Assembly (NCBI RefSeq): GCF_009834535.1
Contig: NC_045696.1
Location: 47,184,001 to 47,248,000, forward strand
Origin: Camelus ferus
Taxonomy: Eukaryota
Reading direction: 5' to 3'
DNA length: 64,000 bases
This document shows, piece by piece, positions 1-13,000 of the stretch (its first letter is position 1; the number at the start of each line of letters is the position of its first letter). The notes under the pieces were generated by a model that did not search any database, had not been told where the DNA came from, and saw nothing but the letters and a program-made list of their open reading frames with translations. The position numbers and the translations under genes are program-made.

Positions 1-72
1 CCATAAGAATGAGTACCTCCTTAAATTTTGTAACTTAAGATGCTCTCTTACCTCATACTAGTCTCGGCCTAG
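1..72. mobile_element. End of a small DNA-transposon relic (MER96-like)
   Basis: cctccttaaattttg...cctcatactagtctcggcct resembles the recalled terminus; truncated by the window edge. Confidence 0.35.
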
Positions 73-878
73 ATGAGTGGTATACAGCAAAAATAACTAA
101 ATACACAAGGAAGCAAGGCACCAGTAGCAAAATTCAGTAGAAGCAAAGAACAGAAGAAACAGACTCTTAGGTACTCAAAATGTGGGAGTTGAGTAACATA
201 TAATCATGTCCAACAGAGTTCTTTTTCTGTGAGCCCTTCACCCCAGACCCTCCAATTCTCCTTCAAATAATTTAGTTCTTATATGGATGTCACTAGAAAC
301 AACCTGCTATTGACTGTCAGACAAAATGAAATCAAGTCAGAAGTTTCCCAAAATATATGGGTCATACCAAGATAATCTAAGATGAAGCAGGTTTTAGTTA
401 ATCACATTTAAGGACGTTACGTTTGGATTAATTTTTTGGATAGCGGGGTTAATCTTAAACTTTTTAGTTACTCAGACAGTCATCTGGAATTAATTTCCTA
501 AAAGAGTATTTGTGGCTGAATCAGTTCACATGCAGACAAGCAATAACTCCAATAAGTTGACTCAATTTTCTATAGCTCTGATGTGAATACACATTTTCTA
601 GCCCACTAATGTTGATTCAGTATTTTATATCTTGGCACTAAATTGCTTAGATAAATAATTACCAAAATATAAATGTAGTCAAGACTGAGGTTCAAGAAAC
701 ATTGAATTTTTTTCTCAAATAGTGCTGACATTTCCACTTTCCGCAGAGCTCTATTTGTATTATTTGTGGTCACAAGAACTGCAGAATGCCTTATAACTGC
801 ACTTCTTTGGGAATTTTAAAATACACCCAGTTTCCTCCCACTCTTCTCTAAGTGCACTCTTTGTAGTTTTCCAGTTAC

Positions 879-1002
879 CTTAGTGATTCCAAAGTGGTAC
901 TGGGTATGGTCTGTATCCAAGGAGCGAAGAAATTCTTCAGTTGCTTTTCTGTTGCTCACAAACTTGCTCTTTGGAAAGGCCCTTGGGTTCAGAATGTAGT
1001 AC
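879..1002 (-). CDS. MYH15: MYH15 coding exon (124 nt), converter: (R)[41 protein letters not shown]
   Basis: Acceptor attag|G, donor AAG|gtaact. Confidence 0.95.
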
Positions 1003-4000
1003 CTAATTTAAAATAGGTCAAGGATAAATCTTGAGGTCAGGGGTTATATGATTCAAATAAAGAATAACCTGGACAAGTGAGTGAAAGGAGGAACAGTCTT
1101 CTACCTCTCCCACCAATATGTTCAATTTCCATAAAACTCTTGGCAATATTAATGAGAATATGAGCAATAATTCCTTACTTTGGTGTAATGGTTTGTACTT
1201 TTCAGAGTGCCTTAGAGACAACATCACTTGATTCTCTGCTCAATTAGGGAGGGAGGGAGAGGTTGAGAGGGGAAAGAGATAGAAAGAGGCAGGCTTAAGT
1301 ATCTCTATTGTATGGAAAAGAAACTGAAAAGCCAAGACATTAAAAGTCTTTTCTAAGATTCCCTCACCCTAATGGTGAACCGGTGGAGAGCTAGAAATAG
1401 GCTTCTTAATTCTGAAACAGGTACTTTGTCTATTCTACTTTGCTCACATTTGCTTGATGATCTATAATTTACACTTTTAGAATTTGGGAAATAGAAAGCA
1501 AAGATGCCTCTCCTGCCTCCTGCTGCACAACCTGCTGGCTTCCTTCTTTTCACAGCCTAGCTAGTAAAGTAACAGCCTGCTTGGATGGCAGCTACGATTG
1601 AGTATATACAACATTTCAGAGATTCAATTCAGCCTCCATATCTTTCTTCTCTATATATTTCTTCTATATGTGGGTCTATTATCCAGTAATAGAGATTTAA
1701 GGATATTACAGCTACACGGATGTTGGATTTAAGGGGAAATAATAATGGAACTCTGTCACCGTATATCTCACCACCACCAAAACACATCGATCTGCCGTCT
1801 GGAGGATATCAACCAAACAAACAATGCATGCCTAAACACTCAGAAAGAGGGGAAACAAAATGGACCGCCTCAGGCTTCTTGGATCCTGGGATGTATGTTT
1901 ACCTTTGTTTAAAATCAGCATATAGCAGCCGGTTTGGAAAACCTTCACAGTATATTCTGACCCCTTCTAAGACACCATTACAGCGCAGCTGTTGTAGAAC
2001 CAAATAAGGGTCCATTACACCTGAAGAAAAAGGATCACATGAGTCCATGTCTAAAAACAGTATTACCCTACATTTTGTCCTAATTGCTGCATCTTGGGTT
2101 AAAATAGTTGGAATTTGGTGTTCTCTACATGATAGGTAATAGGATCTACTCACTCCCCGCCTGGTGGCATTCACAGTACCCATCCTTTTACCTAGGACTC
2201 TCTAAATAGGATTTACCTGGAACAAACCCTCTAGTTCATAGTTAGTCAAGATTTTATAAGCAGATACTCCTAGAAAATGAAAAGAAATTTTTTTGCTAGA
2301 ATGTAAATGGCTGGTACTATATCCATTTGGCAGCCAAAAACCAGCTAGACAAGGGATAAAGCACAAAAGAGAACTGTCATCTCCAAGTAGGAAGGGGAAG
2401 GGATTACAAGAAGGGAGGACACAAAGAAAGGGGCAGATGAGCGCTACCACACAATTCTGTTCACTGTTTTGCCTTCGGAAAGAACTGGCCACATCCCAGC
2501 CTATGTTCTCCCCCAATTATCTTGAGTTTTATGCTATAGTATAGGCATGTTCATGAGATAGAGCCCCACCACAGCCACAGCTGAAATCTCTGAGAGAAGC
2601 CTTTGAAAAGCCATCCAGTGAGCCACCATATCTGGCTCTCAGCAAGGCTTCTGGAAGAAGCCAAGCAGTACCCTCCTAACACAAAGGCCAGCTGGAGTGT
2701 TATAAGAAAGATGGAATGACATGATTCTCTGCTCATGCCCAGGGTCACAGAAGTAACCTCAAAGCCATGTATGCATATTCCTGTACTCCCATCCCTTTCA
2801 TAGACAGAAACAGACCATCTGTAAGACGGGGTAAAGCAGAGTTCTCTGATACCACAAGATCAAGCAAGCCCATATCCTTTAAGGACATATGAAGAACTGT
2901 TTTGATTATCTTATGAAGCTTTTCTTGTGACTTTGTCTTAAGACTTAAAAAAACAAACAAACAAAAAACCTGCTGAAATCAGAGCTGACTCAATGGGAGG
3001 CAACTCTAATAGGTAACAGAATCGCTCCAAAATAGAGGCAGCTAATTAGATTCCTTGCTAGATGGAAGCAGTGTCCCTAGATGTGTTCAGAAACCCAGCT
3101 GATAAGAAACAATGAAGCAAAAACATACAGCGTGAATGAACATGAGTGTTTGCATTGCAAAAATTCAAACTGCGGCATCATTGTTTAGCATCACACTTTC
3201 CCAAAATAGGTCACAGGCTGTCAAGATTGGGGTCTTAATTACAGGAGGTTAAAAAAAATGCAAGATACTACAGAACATCAGAAATCAGAATCAGCAACAT
3301 CTGGCTACAGATTCCAAGGGTGATTAGTGCTCTGAAGACATAAGTGCTCGTCATACAGACAACTTTGAGGCTTACAGCCTCCGAGCAAGCTCCACAGAAA
3401 CCTGAAATTCCAAAAAGAAGGCTGGAAGTCTTCAAATCCATGATGTTAGGAAAGCAATTCATAGTCAATATCTGTAAAAACTTCCTTTTCTCAACTGAAA
3501 ACCTAAATAATTCACCACCACCTACCTATTTCATTACCCCACTACCACCATCCACTCATTAAAAAGTATCTACTACAAAAGCCAAGACATGAAAACATGG
3601 AAACATTCTAAGTGTCCACTGATGGATGAATAGATAAAAAAGTTGTGATACACACAGAGAGGAATATTATTCAGCCATGAAAAGGAGGAAATCCTGCTAT
3701 ATGTGACAACATGGGTAGCCCTTGAAGGCATTATGCTATGTGAAATAAGTCAGACAGAGAAAGAGAAATGTCATATGATCTCATTTATGGTTTTAGGTAT
3801 TTTCACCATAAGTTTCTTTGCCAAAAGTATTTTTGCCACAAACATTTTTGCCATATAACTAACTGACCATGCAACAATTTTGCCATAAAAGATAAGACAA
3901 CTGGCTGACAGTCATTTCTCCATCAACACTGTACTCCCATTTTTATATTACATAAATCTGAAAGAGGTCAAGGGCCTCGAAGGCACAGAGTTGAACCCAC

Positions 4001-7000
4001 ATTTCCCATAGAACTTGGAATGTCTACCAACAGACATGTGACAACATGCCATGACAAACAAGTGTGGAAAGCTTTCACAACACAATACAAAGCTCAGTTA
4101 CAAACATGTATAATATTTGGAAACTGATACCTCTCTCAATGAGGGAAGAAATTTTAGCAAAGAAGAAAAAGTGTGATGCTGAATGAGGAGACAAATCAAC
4201 AAGCCAAAAATGTATAATGAACTATAAACAATGATATTGAAGATAAATGCTGAGGTGCAGCCCACAAAGTAAAATCAGTATTGCCATCAATCTACACACA
4301 TTTTAAACATATTTAAATAGTTTATATCTCACAGTAAAGTCTTTTTAACTTTGTTATTTATTTTTATTGTATGTTATCTTACTTCTTATGGCAAAATTGC
4401 CTTATAGCCAATTAGTTACACAAAGAAAATGTTTGTGGCAAAAATACTTGGGGCAAAGATGTTTATAACCAAGAAGCTTACGGTGAAAATATCAAATGCA
4501 CTTATATGCGGAATCTTAAAAAAAAAATCCTCATAGAAAAAGAGGTTCAATTTGTGGTTACCAGACGTGGGGGTGGGGGAAATTGGATGAAGTTGGTCAA
4601 AAGGTACAGAAGTCTATTTTTAAGATAAATAAGTACTGGGGATGTGATGTGCCACATAAAGACTATAATTAACATTGCAGTATGGTATACTGAAAGTTAT
4701 TAAGAGAGTAAGTTTTATGAGTTATCATCACAAGGAAAAAATATCTTTTCTATTTTCCTTGTATTTGTATGAGATGATGGAAGCTAACTAAACTTGTGGT
4801 CATCATTTCATGATATATGTTAAAGCAGACCATTATGCTGTACACCTTAAACTTATACAATGCTATTTATCAATTGTATCTCAATAATACTAGAGGAAAA
4901 AAAAAAAAACATTTCTTTTAAAAAGCCCGGAAGTACAGAACTAAAGAAATGGGTACTGAGGGGAGTACCTATTTCAGGAGAGGGGATATATTTGTATTGT
5001 GAAGGAAGACTAGAGGGAGTTCTTAACAATTAGATATGGATTTAGAAACTGTCTTTATGGTCATTTTAGATAATTTAAACCAAATGATTTCCTTTATGCT
5101 GAAATATCTACCTTAATCCCCCAACTGATTATTCAATCCCTTTTTATTATACTTTGCCCTTATAGACAATGGCATAGAAGCTCATTCAGGTTTCAGCATG
5201 AAATTCAAGGAGGAACTTAAATGGTAATATCAAGCATTCTAATGTTACCCAATAGAGTATGCTTTGTGAAACCCTTCTTTACATCCACTTGAATCTCAAT
5301 TCAAAGGCATTCTTGAGGAGGTTCTGAAAACCTCACTTTCAACTTGTTTTTCTATCTGAAAATCTAGCTTTTATATAAAAGAAACTCATAAATGTTTCTT
5401 GCAAAGACATTCAATATAGCTTAAATCAAATGTATTTCCTAGTGTGGATTATGAAGAAGTTGACTTACCTGGCATTTTGTTCACATTGGGATTTATGCAT
5501 CTCACAAAATGAGGTGCTGCTGATTTCAGATTAGTCATCAATTTATTTAGGTTTTCCTAAAATAGAGACCATAACAACAAAAAATTACTTTTCAAATCAT
5601 TAAAAACACCAAGCCACCTCACAAAAGTCTCCATGTTGATCAGCTTAATCTTAAAGCCAGATGCATACCAACAATAAAACAATGAATTCAATATTCTTCC
5701 CTGCTTACCAAACATACATTATTTCCTTCCCGTGATGAGTCAATATTACCTGACAGACATGGTTCTGTTGTGAATCTTATCTACTCATTTTAAATTTGAT
5801 AGCAATAATTCATGAATGGGTAACATTAAATGGCTTGAGGAGAGAAACTGTTTCTCAAGTTTTCTGTCTGGAAATTTTTATCTTAGGTCAGACTGTCTGG
5901 AAGCAGAATCTGAGCTGGGGATTCTGGTTCGAGAGGTTTACTTGGAGAAGGAGGGAAGCTGAGTAGGGCAGGAGAGAAAAAAAGCAATGGTGAGAATTCA
6001 GCTGAGTCTGATTCTTGCAGGGGCTCTAAGCACAAATGCATCAATTGTACAACAGTTGGTACCTCCTTGAGGCAAAAGAGGGGCCAGAGTCCGGAGGAGA
6101 GGGTAAGAAAACAGCTGGGCTTCCCATCTGACCAAGGGCAATCCTGGCAACTGTGAGTTGTCTGGGGCCAATATTCTCATCAGCTGTAAGATGGGTGCAG
6201 ATTAGGGGGTGGGGAGGGAAGAGGATAAAGGGGATGTAAGTGGGATACCGGTGGTGTCCACTAAAGCCCATTAATATCAAGATAAATGTCAACTTTTCCA
6301 ACTTGGTTAATTTCAGATACTTTATCCTTATTTGAAGATGTAAAATTCCCAATAAGTAATAACATATGCAGATTGTGAGGCAGTTAATATATGAATAGAT
6401 GCAATTAAAAATTACTTTATGCAGAGATGCAACCATTTGGAATGAAGCTCCTTTCTTGCGTTTCTTCTCCCCAAACTGTAGAGCTAAAAAAAGAAGGAAA
6501 AAAGTAAGAAAAGGGCTCTTTTTGTCACATTACCAAGCCCTGCTGATGAAAGCATAAATGTGTCAAAGTTCTAGAAGCAATATGGTGATGTCTACCAAAG
6601 GCTTTAAAAATATTTATGTCTCAACACAAAAAGTCTATATTTGGTGTTTTTCCTTGAGGAAATAATCAGGCAACTGTGCAAAGACATTCACTGCAGTGTT
6701 GTTTAATTTAAAAAAAATTAAGCCAAAAATAAAAATGTCAACAAATGTCTATCAAAGGGGGATTGGTTAGTTAAATTATGAAAGAATATGTATACAATGA
6801 AACACTGTGATCTTTTAAAATGATGATGTAGATCCATATCACTGGCATGGAAAGATTTCCAGGATTTATTTTGAGAGAAAAATTAGGCTACAAAATAGTT
6901 CGTACATTATGATCTTGAGTGTACATACATGTTTTTAAGTGTGTTTTAAAGTATCATGGGTGACCATGTACATAAAAATGTTGGGTAGAGTACACACCAA

Positions 7001-10000
7001 AGTTTAGCAGTTGCTATCTCTCTCTGTGAGATTATAGGTAATTTTTATGTTCCCATATTTTAGTTTTTCTGTATTGTCTGTGTTTGGGGCAATATTCATG
7101 CATTACTTTTATGATTTACAAAAAAATAATCCATGCCCATCTTCTTGAAGCTAAAGAATCTACGCTAAGCCAAGTTGTTTTACAAACATTTGTGCAGTGC
7201 TGATTCATGAAGATGTACACCACCTCCACCACCAACAAAACCTATAGGCAATCTGGAGAAAATGGGCCAGCTGTAAATGTGAAAAACTAATAAAATATTC
7301 TCTAGCCTGAGTAGTAACTGTGCTGAGGCAGATGTCATAAAGTTTCATCACTGCTGTCCTATTGCCACATCCCAGGCCCTCCGTGAGTCACCTGACTTCC
7401 TTGCACTTCCATTTTTCTGCCCATGAAAGAGGACTACTACTACTTTCCACTAATGTTTTAAAAGAATTATGACTGGTTTAAAGTACTTAGATTCCCCGAA
7501 CAAAGTAACGGTTATTAGGGGTAATTTAATGTTTGAATGAGTCAGAAACTTGGAGGCAAGTGTTTTCAGGGCGTGCTTACAAAATTACAAAAAAAGGACA
7601 TTTGGGACAATTTTTCTCTTCCAGTTCAAAAGAACACAGCACACCCTGAAGAGTCAGAAGATGATTTCCTCTCTAATTCTCTACCCAAACCACTCTCTGA
7701 TCTCTCATGATCCAAGAATTACTCATCTGTGAGCCATACACTGATGTGGCCACTATCTAAGAGACTTCACATGGGGCACTTTAGGGGCTATTAGAATCAG
7801 GCAAATGCACTGCCTGAAGGTTTTCAGGGTCCAAACACAATAGCTTCCATTTCTCAACCTCCTCTTGAGACAGGCCAATAGGATTTCAGGCAGTGACCTG
7901 CTCCTAAATTACATCATCACGTGCTAATGAAGCCAGAAGTGCTAAATTCTCTCTCCATTCCCTGACCACGTCAATCAGGACTCCCAAAGCAGGCTCCAGC
8001 GGGCAGGAGTTAACCTGACGCTGGGTGTAAGATAATAGCAAGGTGAGAATGTTAGAAAGTGAGAGCACACCTCACTCAGAGAACAGCTGGTACCCTTTGC
8101 CCCACTGCCACAAGGGCCTCTGAAACCAGGCTGGCCAGATTTTCTATGTTCCCATAATTTCCATTTTTCAAAGCAGAAGGGAAATCCAAACATGTATGTG
8201 GGACCTTCTGATTTTTTTAAAACTGTGTGGACCAAACATGTTTGAAGACCAGGTTCTGCTCTGGGGCTGCCAACCTGCACGTTTGCTATGAATCCTGAAG
8301 AGCTTCCCTCCGCAGCTAGCAGTTGTCCAGATGTGAAGGTGATGTCAACAACTTGGGCTCAGTGTCTGTATCATGGCGCAGAAGTCTGAATTGTATCCTA
8401 AATCCAGGTAGCCTGTCCATCTCTCTGTTTTGTATCTGGGAGATGGTGAGAGTGGAACAGGCCCAAGACGAGGAAGCAGAAGTCCTGCTTTCTCCCTCGG
8501 CTTCGCCACTTAGTGATGTTAAGTGGCTCTAATGTCGTGGCAGCCTAAGTAAGCAAACCGAGACCTAAGCCTGTAAATGTCCCAAGTTTACAACATCAAA
8601 ACGCTAAGGACAACCAATCACAAACAGCCACCTGGGTTTTAAGCAACAGCCAGTCAACATGTCCTCATTTTGCTTCTGCCTTTTCTCCGTAAAAGCCTCT
8701 CCCTGAGCTCCTGTCGGTGGGATGCTTTTAACCACTTCTGGTGCTGCCTATTTTGAATCAGTTTTTGCTCAAATAAACTCTTAAAAATTTTAATATGCCT
8801 GAGTTTATCTTTTAAGAGTTGATTCGTGAAACTGGGGGTGCTACTTAATTCTTCTGTACTTGCTCCTGTAAGATAGGGAGAGACTTCTCTCTATAGGTAT
8901 CTGAAAGGGTCATGACAAGGATTCAGTAAGGTAGTGCATCGAAAAATGCTTTATGAATTACAAACTGCTAAACAAGAATAGTTATTAGTTGTTCAACAAG
9001 TATTTATGGAGTACCTGCTAAATGGGAATTTGGCTACATGTTTGAGGCTACAATCAGACCTGATTCCTGCCCTCATAAAGCTTATAATAACCCCAAGTTA
9101 CTGCACTCTGAGAACACTGTGAAGGAGCATTTCAAGATATCTGGGGGATATGTATTAAAGGGGCTTGTTATTTCCCCCAAATCATTTATCAAAACATAGT
9201 TTGCTGCTCTCTCTTTGCAGGTGGCTTGAGGAGAAGATAAAAGTGGGCTGGAGCAGTCTCCTTGAAATCTATCTACTTTAGAGCACTGTTTTCCCGAAGA
9301 ATCACCAGCCAGAGGATGGAAAGGCTAGTAAGAGGGGATGACTCAGGCCACAGGGAACAAACACAGATATGACAGGAACGAAGCCAGGATTTTTATAAAC
9401 ACTAAGGCAGACATGAGTTCCATTCTAAGGCTGAAAAATTGAGAAAGATTGTTCGACTCACCAGTGTTGGTACTGATGTAATTTTCAAAAAGGTTTGCCA
9501 GGAGACTGTTAGATGACTTCTGAAACACAGCCACCACTGTTTCATTAAGAAAGTCTTTGTTCTTTTCAAGCCAGCCACTGATGTTATAAGGCACCTTTGG
9601 AAAGGCATGCAATTCAGGTAACAAAAGAAGAGAATGCATAAATTAACTTAGCAAATTGTGTATGCCTTAAGAAATCATAAATTGTGTGGATCCTTTAACT
9701 TTTCAATCAGTTTAATGTAACAGTGCTGAATAAATACTCCAGAAATCTATGCTCAACCCAAAGAGATTCTCAGCTTTACCATTTACATTGTGGAGAGAAA
9801 GGAAGAGAAGAGGAGGGAGGTAGGGAGGGAGGGGAACAGCAAGAGAGGGAGAGGGAGGAGGAAATAGATGGCGTTTCCAGTAGAGACAATTCACATCAGC
9901 CCCCCTTCATAGGCAAGAGCAGATGGAATAACCCACCTGTATCTGACACACAGTGAGCAGCCAAAAAAACATGGTCAATTACCATGGTATTTTACTGTAA

Positions 10001-13000
10001 ATATCACTTTAATTAATATTCAAGGATATCAAAAAAGAACATTAACAAGCATATCTATGTACAGTTGACAGGTCATTCTTAGGTTGAAGTATTATTTTAT
10101 CTTTCATCTGTTCTCTTTCTGTTCCATCCAGAATCACTGACCAGAGCATAAAAGCAGAAAGAAGGGGCATGATGCGCACACGTACAAGTACACGTACACG
10201 TACACGTACACACAGACACACACACACACACACCCCTCCTGGTAGAGAAATGAGGAGAGGGCATGAGGGTCATTAGGAATCTTTGTTGGTCATAGTTTGA
10301 GACCATTACTTAACAGTGACCATTTCTTTATGAGAAAAATTTTTTTAAACTTCAATAAAAGATGAATTGAAATCACTCATTCACACAATGTCAAGTTGAA
10401 AGGAAAGACAAACAAGGAAAAACCCATGTCTTTGATGGCCTCCATAACTTTCTGAAGTTGTCTTACTTTGAGTTGGGGTGACGAGTCTATTTTGAGATTT
10501 CTGACCTCTAGTATAGGTGTTTTGTTTCCTAACTGTTAAAAGGCTACACCAACTTTTTTTCTGGAACCGAAATTTTTTTATCTCTTCATTTAATCTAAAC
10601 TTCACTTATATATTATCTAAGGATTTTGGCTAAACACATTTGAAACAGTCAGGGGAATTCAGGGCTGAGGGTCCAGAGGTAACTTACCATTCCTGCATAA
10701 TGGACAAGTTCAAAGTGAGCTTCGTAGTTCTTATTGCCAGGCTTGGGCTTCTGGAAATGAACCGACTTTCCAAAATGGTTATCAAAAAGTTTGGTCTTGA
10801 AACTCATATCTGTAGCCTGATGAAACATACATTCCTCTTCAAGGATGGAAAAAATGCCCATTGGCTATTGGAGATACATATAAATAGCAGTTAAAAAAAT
10901 ACCAATAAACAGTATTGTCAGTAGGGGGTCAGTGTAAATTATTTCCCAGGAACCTAATTAGTTGACAAGGGGAAAAGATATTCACTACATACAGCTAGCT
11001 AACCATCTATTCAACAAATATGTGTTAAAGACCTCCTAGGTACCAGGCACCAGTAGAAGCTGGCAATGTGGCCATGAACCACATACACAAAGTGTCTGTC
11101 CTCCCAGTGCTTACCTTCTGGGCAGCAGACAGACAACAGACAAGTAAAGGAAAAATAAATAACTCAGTTTCACGTAAGTGCTCTGAAGAAATCATGCAAA
11201 GGAAAGAGACAGTATAACTGGGGCTGTGTGAGAGCTATTTCAGTAGGATAGTCGGGTAAAGCCCTCTGACCTGAGTGAGAAATGCAAATCCTGAGAACAT
11301 CTGGTGCAAGTATTCTGGGCAGAAAAATGAAAGTGCAGAGGCCCCGAGGAAGGAGCACCCTTGGCAACTTTGACGTCCTGCCAGAGACAAGTGTGGACAG
11401 AGCAAAGCTGGTCGGAGGGAGCCTGTGATAGGAGAGGTAAGCAGGACTGGGTCCCAAAGGCCTTATGGGCTGTGGTAAGACGTTTGGATTTTATTTTAAG
11501 TGCATTGGGAAGACTTTGGAGATATTTAACATGGAATGATGTGATTAGATTTATGCTTAAAAGGATTAATTGTTTAGAACCAGGGTTGGCAAAGTCAAGC
11601 CTGTGGTTCAATCCTGCCTGTGGTCTGTCTGTATTGGAAAGCCAGTGAGCTAATAATGGTTTTTACATTTTTAAAGGGTTGTTAAAAAAAAAAAAAAAAA
11701 AAGGGATATGTGATAGAAAACTGATGACCCTGTCAGCAAACTTTTTCTCTAAGTGGACACATAATAAAGGTTTTAGACTTTAATAATAAAAATAAAGGTT
11801 GCACCTCAGCAGTTAAGCCAACCAGCCCTGAAAGCAGCAGCTGACGACATGTAAACAAAATGGGTGTGACAATGTGGCATTAAAACTTTATTTACAAAAA
11901 TAGGCTACAGACTTGCTTTGGCCCACTGAGCCATTGTTTGCTGACCCCTGATCCAGACAAGTGAGAGTGCTGGAGACTGTGAGAAATCACTGACGCGTCT
12001 TGCAGGTGAAAAGTAGAGCTGGGTCACAACCTGCTGATGGACAGAACGTGGGGTGTAGTAGAAAGAGTTAAGATGACCAGGTTTTTGGCTTGAGCGAATG
12101 GATGCTGCCATGATCCAATATGGGGTACATACACATGGGGAAAGACAGGTTTGAGGGGCAGAAATCAAGGATTCCTATATTTGCATATCTCTTTGTGTAT
12201 TTATATCTTCATTTATCTACTCCACAAATATTTCTGAAGTGCCTTCTATGAACAAATCACTGTACCAAACACTTTGGATTATAACAGAATAATCAGACAT
12301 AGGCTCTGGCTGCGGAGCATCTAACTGAGAAGATGAGACATGTACATGGTATGGAGACTACAAAGCAAATAAGACAGAGGAACAGAGAAAATGTCATGAG
12401 AGTTCCAAGATGGAACTGTGACCCCTTGGCCCAACAACACAGATTTTATGATTCTCTATCAACTCTTTGTACCTATGAACCACAGACTCTCAGGTTTGGG
12501 AGAGACATTATAGGTCTGGCCCAACCCACCTAAAATTCCTTTTTACAAGTTCCTTCTGAAAAGCAGGTTAGCTTATGCTTGAATATTTTCATGGGGAGAG
12601 AACACACCAACTCCAAGTCGAACCTCTGGATGGGTGACAGACTAGAAGAAAAATTGCTTGTAGTTTAGAACCCTCAGTTCTCAGTTATTCCACTAAAGCC
12701 ATCCAGATAGGTCTCCCTTGGATCATTAGATATTTGAAGAACATATTTTTGATTTACTTGAGTCTATCAATCTAATATATGGACTGTGGTTTTCTACCTC
12801 TTTTGTATAGTCTCATAGATGTAGAACCTTATTTTATAGAAAATGTATTGAACAACAATCTACTAATAACTCTTGTTCTGAAGGGCCCTGGACATCTTCC
12901 TTCCTCCCAAGCATCAACGTGGGGAATGAAGCAGCAAATAAATATATCAAGTGTTCTAAGTGATGACAAAATATTCTAAGAGAAACTGATACAATACTTG

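Noticed and set aside
1003..10687. Intronic myomiR (miR-499/miR-208-like) by analogy with MYH7B/MYH6/MYH7
   Set aside because: No mature-sequence match or convincing hairpin seen by eye; an Rfam/miRBase search would be needed to exclude it formally
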